Virus record (IMG/VR): IMGVR_UViG_3300036792_000363
Span: 32,001-96,000 of that record
Direction: 5' to 3' (one strand)
DNA length: 64,000 nt
Origin: a virus
The position numbers were made by a program, and so were the translations under genes. A model generated the notes under the pieces. It saw only the letters and a list, made by a program, of their open reading frames with translations. It made no database searches and had not been told where the DNA came from. This document shows positions 1 to 9,568 of the stretch, piece after piece (the stretch's first letter is position 1; each line of letters starts with the position of its first letter).

Positions 1-3000
1 GCCGACCCCGCCGTCCAGGAACACGGAGGCCGCGCCCGACCCCCCGGTGGAGACGACCTGCAGCTTGGCGCGGATGGTGCCGGCGAAGTTGGACGCGCTC
101 GGGAAGAACGCCGGCCCGATGGTGATGGCCGCGCCCTGCTGGGAGCTGTTGAGCCAGAGCGTCCAGGTGAGCGTCTGGTTCTCGAACAGGCCGAAGAACG
201 GGACCTCCACCTCGTACATGGTGGTGAACTGCGCGGTGTTCGCGGGGATCGACCAGGCCTTGGTGATGGCCGTGTACCCGGTGGAGGTGGCGGTGTAGGT
301 GGCGGCGTCCACCTGGACCAGCGGGACGTAGCCGAAGGCCCCCGAGCCCGTCATCACCTCGACGCTGGTCCCCGTCGCGGACCCGGCCGGGGCCGGGAAG
401 ATCTTGGCCCCCGCCGTCGGGGCGGCCGGGGCGGTGGCCGGGACGGCGAGGGTGAGCACGCCCTTCGCGTCGGTGCCCAGGTTCGGCCCGGCGGGGATCG
501 AGTTGCCGTACTGGTCGATGAACGCCGGGCCGGTGTTGACGAAGAACCCGACGCTGGGCGTGCCCGTGATGTAGCTGAGCCGGACCTGCCCGTTCGCGCC
601 CGCCGCGCCCGGGCTGATGTTGACCCCCGGGCGGGACCCGCCGCCTCCGCCGCCTCCGCCGGGGGTGAACCCGGCCTGCCCGGGCGACGCCCCGGAGGCG
701 TGGGACGCGCCGCCCGCGCCGCCCGCGCCGCCGCCCGCCACGGCGGGCCCGCCCGCGCCGCCGTTGGTGCCGCTGGTGCCCGCGGGCGTGTCCCCGCCGT
801 TCCCGAAGCCTCCGCTGCCCCCCGAGCCGCCGCCTCCGCCGCCGCCCGCGCCGCCGCCGTTCCCGGCGCCGAAGCCGCCCGTGTTCGCGATCGAGTTGCC
901 GCTGGCCGCGCCGCCGTTGCCCCCGACGCCCGAGCCCGCGTTCCCGGGGGACCCGGGGTTGCCCGTCACGGTGGCGCTGGAGCCGGTGAGCGTGGACGCG
1001 CCGCTCGCCGCGCCGCCGTTCGACCCGACCGCGCCGCCGCTGCCGCCCGACCCGACCGAGTAGGAGACGGTGCCGCCGCTCGGCACCGCCAGGACCGGCT
1101 CGCAGCCGTAGCCGCCGCCGCCGCCCGCGCTGCCGCCGAACCCGGACGAGTTGCCGCCTCCGCCGCCTCCGCCCGGGCCCCAGGACTCGCCCTTGGCGAC
1201 GGTGATCCCGGCCGGGATGGGGATGGTGCCGCTGCCGCTGGTCTTGGTGACGATGACCTGGCTGCCCGCGCCCGAGTACAGGATCATCGCGTACGGGGAC
1301 AGCGCCATCAGCGGGGTGAACACCAGCGTCTCGCCGTCGGGGGTGCTGGTGGTGCCGAACGTCACCACCGCGGTGTCGGACCCGGTGTCGTTCTCGCTCT
1401 CCAGCAGCATCGCCGCGCCGGTGGTGGAGGCCAGCGGGCTGGAGACGACCAGCGACTGCTTGGTGGTGCCCCCGCTGCCCACGTCCATCGCGCCGATGAG
1501 GCCGGGGATGACCTCGTTGGAGTCGCCGCTGTTGTACTGGGTCATCGCGGTCAGGACGCCCGCGATGGCCGTGGTCAGGTTGAACGCCTGGTCGGCGTTC
1601 GGCTGCAGCACCAGGTTGCTGGAGCCCGGCGCCCCGATCATCAGCCCGGCCGGGTAGCTGTTGCCCGCGCCGCCGGAGACGGCCGAGTCGTTGCCCGCGG
1701 TCGCCGACCACGACCCGATCAGGTTGCCGACGGCGGGCGGGCCGGCGTAGACGAACACCTCGCCGGACGTGCCGTAGGCGACGAACTGCGCGCCCTCCAC
1801 CAGGGTGCCGTTCACCACCCCGGCCAGGATGATCCCGACCGCGATCTGGTTGGCGGTGATCGACAGGGCCTCGATGAGCTGGCCCTGCACCTGCCCGGCG
1901 GCCACCGCCCCGGTCACGTAGACGGTGACGCCCGAGGACGGCAGCTCGATGACCTGGTACCCGCTGGTGGTCCCGGAGGGGGCGTCCGACACCATCGCCA
2001 GCGGCGTCCAGATCGCCGGCGGGACGCTGAACGTCTGCAGCCCGCCCGCCCAGTTGAACCCGATCTGCACGTTGACCGCGGACCCCGACGGGTTGTAGAC
2101 CCAGGCGGTCATCGAGTAGGGCTGGCCCGCCGTCACCGGGAACGGGGCGGGCGACCCGTTCATGTACCCGTTGGCCGCGGTGGACGCCAGCTGCGCGCAC
2201 CACGGCGGGGCCCCCGGCGCCCCCGCGGGGACGGACTGGGTGGCGGTGAGGGTGGCGTTGGCGGCGGCCCACCCGGTGAGCGACCCGCCGTTGAAGAACG
2301 GGTTGGGGTTGAGGGCCCAGGACCCGGCGCTGTTGCCGAGCACGCTGGCCGGCAGCTGCCCGGTGACGATGCCGCCGGGCACCCCGGTGGCGGTGGCGGC
2401 CGCGCCGGGGGTGGGGGCGGAGGCGTTGCCCGAGGTGTTGACCGCGGTCAGCTTGGCCCAGTAGGTGACGCCCGCCGTCAGGCCGTTGACCGCCACGGTG
2501 CCCGCCGTCTGCAGCGTGCCCATCAGGGTGGACGGGCCCGGGGTGAACGACGAGGAGGTGCCCAGGTAGACCTGGACGTACTGGAAGTCGGACAGCGGGG
2601 TCGCGCCGCCCCCCACCTTCCCGTCCCAGGTGATGGTGACGCCCGCGATGACGCCGACGGCGGCCGGGGTGTCGGGAACGCCGGGGGCGGGGCCGTTGGA
2701 GTCCACGACGGTGACGGTGCCGTCGCCCTGCAGCCCGACCGTGGTCCTGGTGGCCCCGTTGACGACGATGACGGTGGTGTCGGGGGCCTGGGTGTTGGAG
2801 GCGGTGGGGCTGGACACCGACGACGGCAGCGTGCTCCCGGTCACCGGGTCGGTGGTGCCGGCCAGCTGGTAGTTCCCGGTGGTCGGGTTGTAGACCAGCG
2901 GCGAGTTGGCGAGGGTGCTCCCGGCCGACCCGGTGGCGACGTCGGCGAGCCGGGCGAGGGTGGCGGCCGGGTCGAAGTAGGTGGGGACCTGCCCGGTGCC

Positions 3001-6000
3001 GTACTTGCTCGGGGCCACCGGGCTGGTGCCGAGCACGTTGACGAACTGGCCGCCCAGCCGGCTGGAGATGTAGGTCAGCTGCTCCTGCAGCCACTGGATG
3101 TAGCTGATGAGCGTCAGCTCGTGCGCCTCGTTGCCGCCGGAGTCCACCGACACGGCGATGCCCATCACCCGCACGTCGTCGACCGCCGAGAAGTCGGGCC
3201 GCTCCAGGCCCAGCCAGTCGCCGACGCTGAAGTTCTCGAAGACCGTCCGGCCCGGCAGGTTGGGCGCCAGCTGCAGGGTCCAGCTCAGGATCTCGGTCTC
3301 GTTCTGCGCCAGCGCCGACGCGGTGGCGTAGGCCATCGAGGTCGGGTCCACCTGGACCGCGGTCTGGTACCAGGCCTCCCGCTGCCCCCACTGCGCGATG
3401 TAGCCCGGGCTGGAGGCGGAGATCTCGTGCCCGTCGGCGTTCTCCCCGCCGATGAGGGTGGTGATCTGGTTGCGGGCGCGGACCCGGGTCTTGGCGGCGC
3501 AGTCGTAGCCCTCGCGCAGGATCAGGTACGAGGACCGGTCGGTGCCGAGCGCCACCTGCCCCGGCGCCGGCTGGCCGACCCGCAGCTGGAACCCGGGCAG
3601 CATGATGTAGTCGGCGTTCACCACCGACGCGGCGGACTGCAGGAACGAGTACAGGTCGGTGCCGTTGGTGGCCTGCACGTTCTGGGCGTCGCTCCAGGCC
3701 CGGCCGAAGCTGTCGGCGGTCGCGCTGGTGTCGGTGTGCATGAACGGGATGGTGCCGCGCGCCTTGGCGGCCTCGAACTGGTCGAGCCACACGCCCATCA
3801 GCGGGACGTTCAGGTAGATCCGGCCCTGGTAGCTGGGGGTGGTGACGTTGGAGTTCAGGTTGGTGAGCTGGGCCGACTGCCCGGTGCCGGAGTAGGAGGC
3901 GGTGAAGTAGAGCGAGACGTCGGTCGCGTCCCAGTTGTGGACGATCGTCCACTGCTGGGTCCAGGTCTGGCCGTCGGGGCTGGTCCAGAAGTAGAACGTG
4001 CCCGACCCGCCGGGGGTGCCGCCCTGCTCGGTGATCTGCCAGTACGCGTGGCTGGTCGGGTTATAGGCGGGCAGCACCTTGGTGTAGGTGCCGCTCGGCC
4101 CCCGGAACTGGCAGTAGAAGGCCGACGCCGACAGCCCGAACAGCGCGTAGTAGGCGGTGTTGAGGTTGGACTCGATGTAGAACTGGGTCAGCTGCGAGCC
4201 GTTCAGCCCGGCCCCGTACGGGGCCGGGGTGGAGGAGTCGGCCGCGTTGGCGCTCACCCCGACCGGGGTCACCTGGGCGGAGATCAGGGTGTTGGTCGCG
4301 TCGTAGGGCGACGCCCCCAGGAACGTGGTCCCCGGGGTGGCCACCAGGGTGACCGACCCCGACGGGTACAGGGTGGACAGCGCGTAGCCGGTCCCGCCCG
4401 GGTAGTTGTAGATGACCCCGGTCGGGGTGATGTAGACGTCGGCGGCCGGGGTGGCGGTGGTCCAGATGTTGGTGTCGAGGACCCCGTTGCCGTTGACGTC
4501 GGTCTCGTCGAAGCTGTCGAGGATGCCGTCGAGCTTCAGGATGATGTCGGGGAAGCCCTGCGGGGCGATCATCGCCCACTTGAGGGCGGCGATGGTGCCG
4601 GGCCCGGTGATGGTGGCGGTGCGCTGCTCGGACGGGTCCACCAGCTGCTCGGTGACGGTCTCGCCGAAGAACTCGAACCGGCGCACCCCGTCCTGCCAGA
4701 ACTGCCACAGGCACTCCTCGTCCAGCAGGGTGGACGAGGGCAGCCCGCCGGGGAGGGTGACGTGCTGCCACCACGGGTCGTCCTGCGACAGCACCACCGT
4801 GCCGGAGCCGATGTCGTCCAGCTGCATCGCGAACTGGAAGCTGACCAGCATCGACGACGGGATGACGGCCAGCAGCGTCACGTAGTCGGCGGCGGAGACG
4901 ACCTGGATCTCCCACCCGTTGCCCACCGCCGACGGGGTGATCGCGCCGACCCCGGCCGGGCCGCCCGGGTAGCCCGCCGGGTTGACGGCGGCGGGCATGC
5001 CCGTCTGCACGGTGGGGCCGGACCCCAGGCGCGGCCCGCCCAGCCGCCCGCCGACGGGCGGGTTCGCCCCGACCACGCCGGGCAGCGTGCCGATGAAGGT
5101 GGACGGCTCGGGCGGCAGGATGACCGCGCCGCCGGCGGACGTCCCCAGCGCGGCCATGGCCAGGTGGCCGGTGCCGGTCACGTTGCTGCCGTGCTCGGAG
5201 CCGGCGCCGGACATCCCGAGCGGGGCCATGGCCAGGGACCCGGCGGAGGTGACCCCGCCGCCCGTCTGGGACCCGGCGCCCGACACGCCCAGCGGGGCCA
5301 TGGCCAGGTGGCCGGCGGAGGCGATGTTCTCGCCCGCGGCGCCCGACACGCCCAGCGGGGCCATGGCCAGGGACCCGGCGGAGGTGACGGCGGGCGGGGC
5401 GCCGATGACGAGGATCGCCGAGCTTGGCACGTCCCAGGTGGCGCCGGTGGTGAGCGTGCACGACACCGCCGAGCCCGCCGTGGCCGCCACGTTGTAGGCG
5501 GCGAGCGTGTCGGTGAAGGACAGCAGGGTGTAGCCGCTGGACGCGCCCGTCCACTCGCCGTTCAGGAGGCTCGTGTTGACGCAGACCAGGACCGGGCTGC
5601 CGGACGGCGCGTTGACCGACGGCGTGGTGATGCTGCTGACCCCGCTGGCGAGGGTGCCGTTGGAGGCCGCGCCGAGCACCCGGGCCCCGGCCGGCAGGCC
5701 GCTGAACTCCTGGACCTGGACCTCGGCGAAGTCGCCGCTGCCCGACAGCACGACAGTGACGGAGGTGACCGCGTTCGCCACGAGGCAGCAGGCGATGGCG
5801 GTCATCCCGTACTGGGTGACCGAGGCGTCGTAGGAGCCGTTAACCGGCGGGTTCTGGTTGGCGGTGGCGGTCGAGTAATTCCACGTGTTGCCGGCGGTGT
5901 CGCTGATGGAGACGATGTGGAGCGCGGTGTTGCTGGTCACCCACTGCGTCGCGTACAGGACCAGGCAGTGCCCGGCAGTGGTGGTGATCGGGACGGTGAA

Positions 6001-6051
6001 CGTCGTGCCGCCGCCGGTCTGCGCCGTCCCGTCCTGGACGTGCGTGGTCAC
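1..6051 (-). CDS. Large tail-tip / host-specificity protein (>2000 aa, 3'-truncated)
   Basis: GTG at 6051. The minus frame was open at every segment I translated, down to the window edge. Segments include WEIQVVSAADYVTLL (tail-tip N-terminal type), an FN3-like stretch VTITWDGK...YWAKLTAVNTSGN, a carbohydrate-binding-like stretch LNPNPFFNGGSLTGW and a Gly-rich region. It lies downstream of Dit. The 700..6249 + ORF is its in-register antisense shadow. Confidence 0.8.
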   Translation of the reverse strand, partial: MTTHVQDGTAQTGGGTTFTVPITTTAGHCLVLYATQWVTSNTALHIVSISDTAGNTWNYSTATANQNPPVNGSYDASVTQYGMTAIACCLVANAVTSVTVVLSGSGDFAEVQVQEFSGLPAGARVLGAASNGTLASGVSSITTPSVNAPSGSPVLVCVNTSLLNGEWTGASSGYTLLSFTDTLAAYNVAATAGSAVSCTLTTGATWDVPSSAILVIGAPPAVTSAGSLAMAPLGVSGAAGENIASAGHLAMAPLGVSGAGSQTGGGVTSAGSLAMAPLGMSGAGSEHGSNVTGTGHLAMAALGTSAGGAVILPPEPSTFIGTLPGVVGANPPVGGRLGGPRLGSGPTVQTGMPAAVNPAGYPGGPAGVGAITPSAVGNGWEIQVVSAADYVTLLAVIPSSMLVSFQFAMQLDDIGSGTVVLSQDDPWWQHVTLPGGLPSSTLLDEECLWQFWQDGVRRFEFFGETVTEQLVDPSEQRTATITGPGTIAALKWAMIAPQGFPDIILKLDGILDSFDETDVNGNGVLDTNIWTTATPAADVYITPTGVIYNYPGGTGYALSTLYPSGSVTLVATPGTTFLGASPYDATNTLISAQVTPVGVSANAADSSTPAPYGAGLNGSQLTQFYIESNLNTAYYALFGLSASAFYCQFRGPSGTYTKVLPAYNPTSHAYWQITEQGGTPGGSGTFYFWTSPDGQTWTQQWTIVHNWDATDVSLYFTASYSGTGQSAQLTNLNSNVTTPSYQGRIYLNVPLMGVWLDQFEAAKARGTIPFMHTDTSATADSFGRAWSDAQNVQATNGTDLYSFLQSAASVVNADYIMLPGFQLRVGQPAPGQVALGTDRSSYLILREGYDCAAKTRVRARNQITTLIGGENADGHEISASSPGYIAQWGQREAWYQTAVQVDPTSMAYATASALAQNETEILSWTLQLAPNLPGRTVFENFSVGDWLGLERPDFSAVDDVRVMGIAVSVDSGGNEAHELTLISYIQWLQEQLTYISSRLGGQFVNVLGTSPVAPSKYGTGQVPTYFDPAATLARLADVATGSAGSTLANSPLVYNPTTGNYQLAGTTDPVTGSTLPSSVSSPTASNTQAPDTTVIVVNGATRTTVGLQGDGTVTVVDSNGPAPGVPDTPAAVGVIAGVTITWDGKVGGGATPLSDFQYVQVYLGTSSSFTPGPSTLMGTLQTAGTVAVNGLTAGVTYWAKLTAVNTSGNASAPTPGAAATATGVPGGIVTGQLPASVLGNSAGSWALNPNPFFNGGSLTGWAAANATLTATQSVPAGAPGAPPWCAQLASTAANGYMNGSPAPFPVTAGQPYSMTAWVYNPSGSAVNVQIGFNWAGGLQTFSVPPAIWTPLAMVSDAPSGTTSGYQVIELPSSGVTVYVTGAVAAGQVQGQLIEALSITANQIAVGIILAGVVNGTLVEGAQFVAYGTSGEVFVYAGPPAVGNLIGSWSATAGNDSAVSGGAGNSYPAGLMIGAPGSSNLVLQPNADQAFNLTTAIAGVLTAMTQYNSGDSNEVIPGLIGAMDVGSGGTTKQSLVVSSPLASTTGAAMLLESENDTGSDTAVVTFGTTSTPDGETLVFTPLMALSPYAMILYSGAGSQVIVTKTSGSGTIPIPAGITVAKGESWGPGGGGGGGNSSGFGGSAGGGGGYGCEPVLAVPSGGTVSYSVGSGGSGGAVGSNGGAASGASTLTGSSATVTGNPGSPGNAGSGVGGNGGAASGNSIANTGGFGAGNGGGAGGGGGGGSGGSGGFGNGGDTPAGTSGTNGGAGGPAVAGGGAGGAGGASHASGASPGQAGFTPGGGGGGGGSRPGVNISPGAAGANGQVRLSYITGTPSVGFFVNTGPAFIDQYGNSIPAGPNLGTDAKGVLTLAVPATAPAAPTAGAKIFPAPAGSATGTSVEVMTGSGAFGYVPLVQVDAATYTATSTGYTAITKAWSIPANTAQFTTMYEVEVPFFGLFENQTLTWTLWLNSSQQGAAITIGPAFFPSASNFAGTIRAKLQVVSTGGSGAASVFLDGGVG

Positions 6052-6089
6052 GCGCTCACCTCCCTACCAGCCGGGGACACTGGCCGGGG

Positions 6090-6500
6090 TCAGGTGCCGG
6101 TCTGCGACTGCGTGATGGTGAACGCCGAGCAGGAGACGGTGGCCCCGCTGACGATCGACAGCGTGGACAGGTTCAGGTCGCCGCCGCTGGGGCTCGCGAC
6201 GGTGCCGGTGGCCACGACGGTGCCGCCGGACTCCTCCACCACGAAGTAGCCCGCGGTCCCGGTGTTGCCGGCCGTGCCGCTGGCGATGGCGTTGGCGGTC
6301 GCGGTGACCGTGCCGGAGGCGGCGGTGGAGGACCCGAACGCGGTGCCGCCGAAGGTGAGGGTGGCCAGCAGCGTGCCGGTCACCGCGCCGTCGAGCGCGG
6401 GCTGGGTGCCGGTGTAGAGCTTGAGGGTGCCGCCGTTCAGCAGCGCGGCCACGGCGTTGACCGACGCCTCCACCGTGACGTCGTACCAGTAGCTGCTCAC
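6090..6500 (-). CDS. Virion structural protein (tail module)
   Basis: 136 aa Thr/Gly/Ala-rich beta protein (LKLYTGTQP...LLATLTF) with GC3-biased codons and a GTGA overlap with the upstream gene. Confidence 0.7.
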   Translation of the reverse strand: MSSYWYDVTVEASVNAVAALLNGGTLKLYTGTQPALDGAVTGTLLATLTFGGTAFGSSTAASGTVTATANAIASGTAGNTGTAGYFVVEESGGTVVATGTVASPSGGDLNLSTLSIVSGATVSCSAFTITQSQTGT

Positions 6501-6772
6501 CGCGCGGGCTCGTCATCCTGCGCCGGGGCCGGCGCGGGCCTGGCGGCCAGCGGCGGCAGCCGCAGCCCGCCGCTCATCGTCACCGGCGGCGGCTGCTCGT
6601 CCTGCTCGCGCTCCTGCTCCACGTGGCGTCCCCTCGTGTCGTTGCCTGCGGGGCGCGGGCGCGGCCCCGGGGTCTCGGGGTAGGGGGTGAAGCCCCTCCC
6701 GCGGCGGGTGACCTCCAGGCCCTCGCCGATGCGGACGGCATCGCCGTCTGTGATGGTCACGGGCTCGCTCAC
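6497..6772 (-). CDS. Hypothetical protein
   Basis: GTG at 6772 overlaps the TGA of the upstream gene; 91 aa starting MSEPVTITDG. Confidence 0.5.
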   Translation of the reverse strand: MSEPVTITDGDAVRIGEGLEVTRRGRGFTPYPETPGPRPRPAGNDTRGRHVEQEREQDEQPPPVTMSGGLRLPPLAARPAPAPAQDDEPAR

Positions 6773-7002
6773 CAGTCGCCCTCGCCCATCACCAGCAGCA
6801 GGTCCACCAGGTCGGCCCGGTCCAGGTACGGCCGCGGGACGGAGATCTGCTCGCGCACCCGGCGGCGCAGCCGGGCCGTCGCCTCGCGCCTGCGCCGGGC
6901 CGCGCCCGTCTCCCCGGAGGCGTCGGGCTCGGGCAGCGGGCCCTGCCACTCCCGGTCGGCGTACCGGCAGCCGGCCAGGTCGATGATCCGCTCGGTGGCC
7001 AC
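6769..7002 (-). CDS. Hypothetical protein
   Basis: 77 aa, tightly packed between its neighbours. Confidence 0.55.
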   Translation of the reverse strand: MATERIIDLAGCRYADREWQGPLPEPDASGETGAARRRREATARLRRRVREQISVPRPYLDRADLVDLLLVMGEGDW

Positions 7003-7005
7003 GGC

Positions 7006-7932
7006 TCACCCGATCCCGTAGAGGCTGAACTGGCTGCCCACCAGGAAGTCGGACCCGGCCGGGGCGGTCAGCGAGATGGAGGAGACCGCCGCCTGCGACC
7101 CCGGGTTCCAGAAGCCCCAGCGGGTGCGCCCGTCCACCATCGAGGACGTGCCGTTGCCGGCGCCGGACAGGGAGTAGGCGGCCTTGTTGTAGGAGGCGTT
7201 CGAGTAGTTGGGGATGACCGCGAACCCGCCGCCGGCGTTGGCCGGGGCCCCGCCCTGCGCGGCCGCCACCCGGAACAGCGGGATGCCCGCCACGGCGTAG
7301 CCGGTGGTCTGGGCGGCCACCAGCGACCCGGAGGTGTTGGCCACCGAGCTGTTGAGGTAGCTGTAGTCCGCCCCGGTGTCGCCGTTGAAGTTCAGCGTGA
7401 TGTCGTCGGTGAGGGCGGTGGTCTCCGTCAGCCGCGCCTGCACGACCACCAGCAGGTGCAGGCTGGTCTGGGGGATCGACGACCAGGTGACCACGTTGGT
7501 GGTGGAGTTCGCCAGCGTCGTCTCGTTGAAGGTGGCGCAGGCGTTGGCGAGCCAGGCCGAGTTCGGCAGCCCGTGCACCCCGCTGCCCGACCCGGCGGCG
7601 TAGTGCGCGGCCGCCGCCGTCAGGTCGCCCGCGCTCCAGGTGTGGGCGATGGCCGTGCCCGCCACGTGGGTCCGGGGTGTGGTGCCGTCGTACCCGCGGG
7701 TGACGATCCACGGCGCCGCCGACGTGCCCGCGCCGGAGGTGACGCTCACCAGCTCGAAGTTGGCGCTGCCCGGCTCCAGATCGAGGGTGAACGGGAACGA
7801 GGTCGGGTAGCCGACGGGCGCGCCCGAGCCGGCGTAGATCGACGTGGCCGACGTCGACAGGTTCCCGCCGCCGGTCACCGCGAGGGTGTCCTGCACAGCG
7901 ACGTTACTGTAAAAGCGCCATTGCGTAGTCAC
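7006..7932 (-). CDS. Minor tail protein
   Basis: 308 aa with YSNVAVQDTL...FPFTLDLEPG...VTRGYDGT, typical of actinophage minor tail proteins; RBS GAGGGAGGG upstream. Confidence 0.7.
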   Translation of the reverse strand: MTTQWRFYSNVAVQDTLAVTGGGNLSTSATSIYAGSGAPVGYPTSFPFTLDLEPGSANFELVSVTSGAGTSAAPWIVTRGYDGTTPRTHVAGTAIAHTWSAGDLTAAAAHYAAGSGSGVHGLPNSAWLANACATFNETTLANSTTNVVTWSSIPQTSLHLLVVVQARLTETTALTDDITLNFNGDTGADYSYLNSSVANTSGSLVAAQTTGYAVAGIPLFRVAAAQGGAPANAGGGFAVIPNYSNASYNKAAYSLSGAGNGTSSMVDGRTRWGFWNPGSQAAVSSISLTAPAGSDFLVGSQFSLYGIG

Positions 7933-7976
7933 GCCGACTGCCCTCCCTCGGTCCTCGCGGGGACTCTCGGGAGGGT

Positions 7977-7983
7977 TAATCGG
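7977..7983 (-). promoter_or_regulatory. Class A (putative late) promoter CCGATTA
   Basis: Recurrent motif; followed by a leader and the RBS of the minor tail gene. Confidence 0.6.
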
Positions 7984-7986
7984 TGA

Positions 7987-8676
7987 CTAGGCGGCAGCCT
8001 CCAGGCCGATGGGCCGGGCGTCCAGGTAGTCAGGGAGCCGGGCCGCGATACCCCGGCACTCCAGCTTGCCGAGAGTCACGTTGCACGAGAAGCAGAGAAG
8101 CCCGCGGATGCAACGACCGCAGGACTTGGCTCCGGGACAGCAGCGCCGGTCATGATCGACCGCAAGAAGCTTCAGCTTCCCGCTCTGATGGTGAGCCCGC
8201 TCGGGCTTACGGCACAAGGCGCACACGCCCCCTTGCGCCTCAAGCAAGGCTGTGTACTGCTCCGGGGTGATGTTGAACCGCCGTACCAGCTGGTAAACCC
8301 GCCGGTACTCCTGCAGGTAGGCCTTGGTCTCTGGACGGCTATGGCACTCTATGCACCTGCAGTCCTTGGTCCTCGCCTGTCCGGGCAGTGCGGACCCCCG
8401 GGCTCTAGCGTCGACGCAAGACCAGAACTCGGACCAAGGCTTGTACTGGCCGCAGATAGTGCACTCACGTCCGTTTTCGTCGATGCGGTGTTTAGAAAGC
8501 GTGCGAGGACGCCGGGGGATGTCGAACTTCTTCAACCGGTACCAGACGGAGGACGGCTCGCACCCCGCCTCGTCGGCGATGGAGGCGGTAGAGCGCCCTT
8601 TGGTGACGTACTGCTCGTACAGCCAGCCGCGGTCTGCCAGCAGCCCGCCTGCCTTGATGCCCTGTCTACGATCCAT
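7987..8676 (-). CDS. Endonuclease VII-like (His-Me finger) free-standing endonuclease with N-terminal HTH
   Basis: QGGVCALC...LAVDHD...RGLLCFSCN motif; N-terminal STASIADEAGCEPSSVWYRL; lower GC than its flanks; ATG 8676 with AGAAGG RBS. Confidence 0.8.
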   Translation of the reverse strand: MDRRQGIKAGGLLADRGWLYEQYVTKGRSTASIADEAGCEPSSVWYRLKKFDIPRRPRTLSKHRIDENGRECTICGQYKPWSEFWSCVDARARGSALPGQARTKDCRCIECHSRPETKAYLQEYRRVYQLVRRFNITPEQYTALLEAQGGVCALCRKPERAHHQSGKLKLLAVDHDRRCCPGAKSCGRCIRGLLCFSCNVTLGKLECRGIAARLPDYLDARPIGLEAAA

Positions 8677-8704
8677 GCCTTCTACTACGCGCAACACCGC
8701 CGTA

Positions 8705-9568
8705 CTAGACGTACGCGTCGTTCCAGGCGAAGGTCGCGGTCCCGGCCGTGTTGGTGATGACGTTGGCGCCGCTGAGCAGGCACTGCCACATCCGGCTGCC
8801 GACGTGGCTGAGCCCGCCGACGCAGTTGTTGCCCGCGGCGTCGACGGCGGTGTAGCGCAGGATGTCGATCGTCACCGGGTAGGCCGCCACGCCCGCGCCG
8901 CTGTGGGTGAGGCTCACCCCGGCGGTGGTGTTGGTGACGGTGGTCGCGGCGGTGATGGTGACGGTGAACGAGTTGACGGCCGACGCGAACCCCTCGCCCA
9001 CCACCCCCTCGCCGTAGGCGTTGATCGTCGCGCCCGCGGTGGTGACCGCCTGGGTGCGCGCCCCTCCGTAGAAGTACGGGTCGGACAGCAGCAGGTCGAC
9101 GCTGAAGGCGGCCGAGGTGCGGCCGTTCATCGTCGGGTCCATGCTGCCCGCCAGCTCCGCCATCGCGGTCGACTGGACCATGGTCGGGGTGCCGTTGAGC
9201 GTCCAGTACCAGTTGCGCTGCAGCTGGCTCTGCACCTGCCCCTGCGCGCCGCGCTTGAAGAACAGCGCCCGCAGCGCCTGCCAGTTGTCGTTGAACGCCC
9301 GCCGCGGGTCGCCCGCCGGGTACGACTGGTTGGCCGACATCTGGCTGTCGGTCCACATGGTCAGGGTGATGGTGCGCTCGTCCGGGTACTTGGACCGCCA
9401 CAGCTGGCCCGCCCGGTAGGGCACCTGGTAGTCCTGGCCGCGCAGCGTCGGCACCCCGGCGCGCGACCCCCCGAAGGTGGCCACGTTGTAGTAGCTGGTC
9501 GACAGCGGGACCCCGTTGAAGTACCAGATCTCATTCGGGGAGTAGGCCCCCACCGGCGCGCTGGGCAT
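8705..9568 (-). CDS. Distal tail protein (Dit)-like
   Basis: 287 aa directly after the tape measure; ERTITLTMW...FSVDLLLSDPYFYG pattern. Confidence 0.75.
   Translation of the reverse strand: MPSAPVGAYSPNEIWYFNGVPLSTSYYNVATFGGSRAGVPTLRGQDYQVPYRAGQLWRSKYPDERTITLTMWTDSQMSANQSYPAGDPRRAFNDNWQALRALFFKRGAQGQVQSQLQRNWYWTLNGTPTMVQSTAMAELAGSMDPTMNGRTSAAFSVDLLLSDPYFYGGARTQAVTTAGATINAYGEGVVGEGFASAVNSFTVTITAATTVTNTTAGVSLTHSGAGVAAYPVTIDILRYTAVDAAGNNCVGGLSHVGSRMWQCLLSGANVITNTAGTATFAWNDAYV

Noticed and set aside
600-1200. Low-complexity GCC/CCG repeats
   Set aside because: They encode the Gly-rich segment of the tail-tip protein.
700-6249. 1849 aa + strand ORF, and similar long ORFs such as 10048-15111, 9653-14365, 37587-39674 and 51075-53690
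   Set aside because: These are antisense or off-frame shadows of real minus-strand genes; Arg/Gly/Pro-rich with no motifs, as expected at this GC content.
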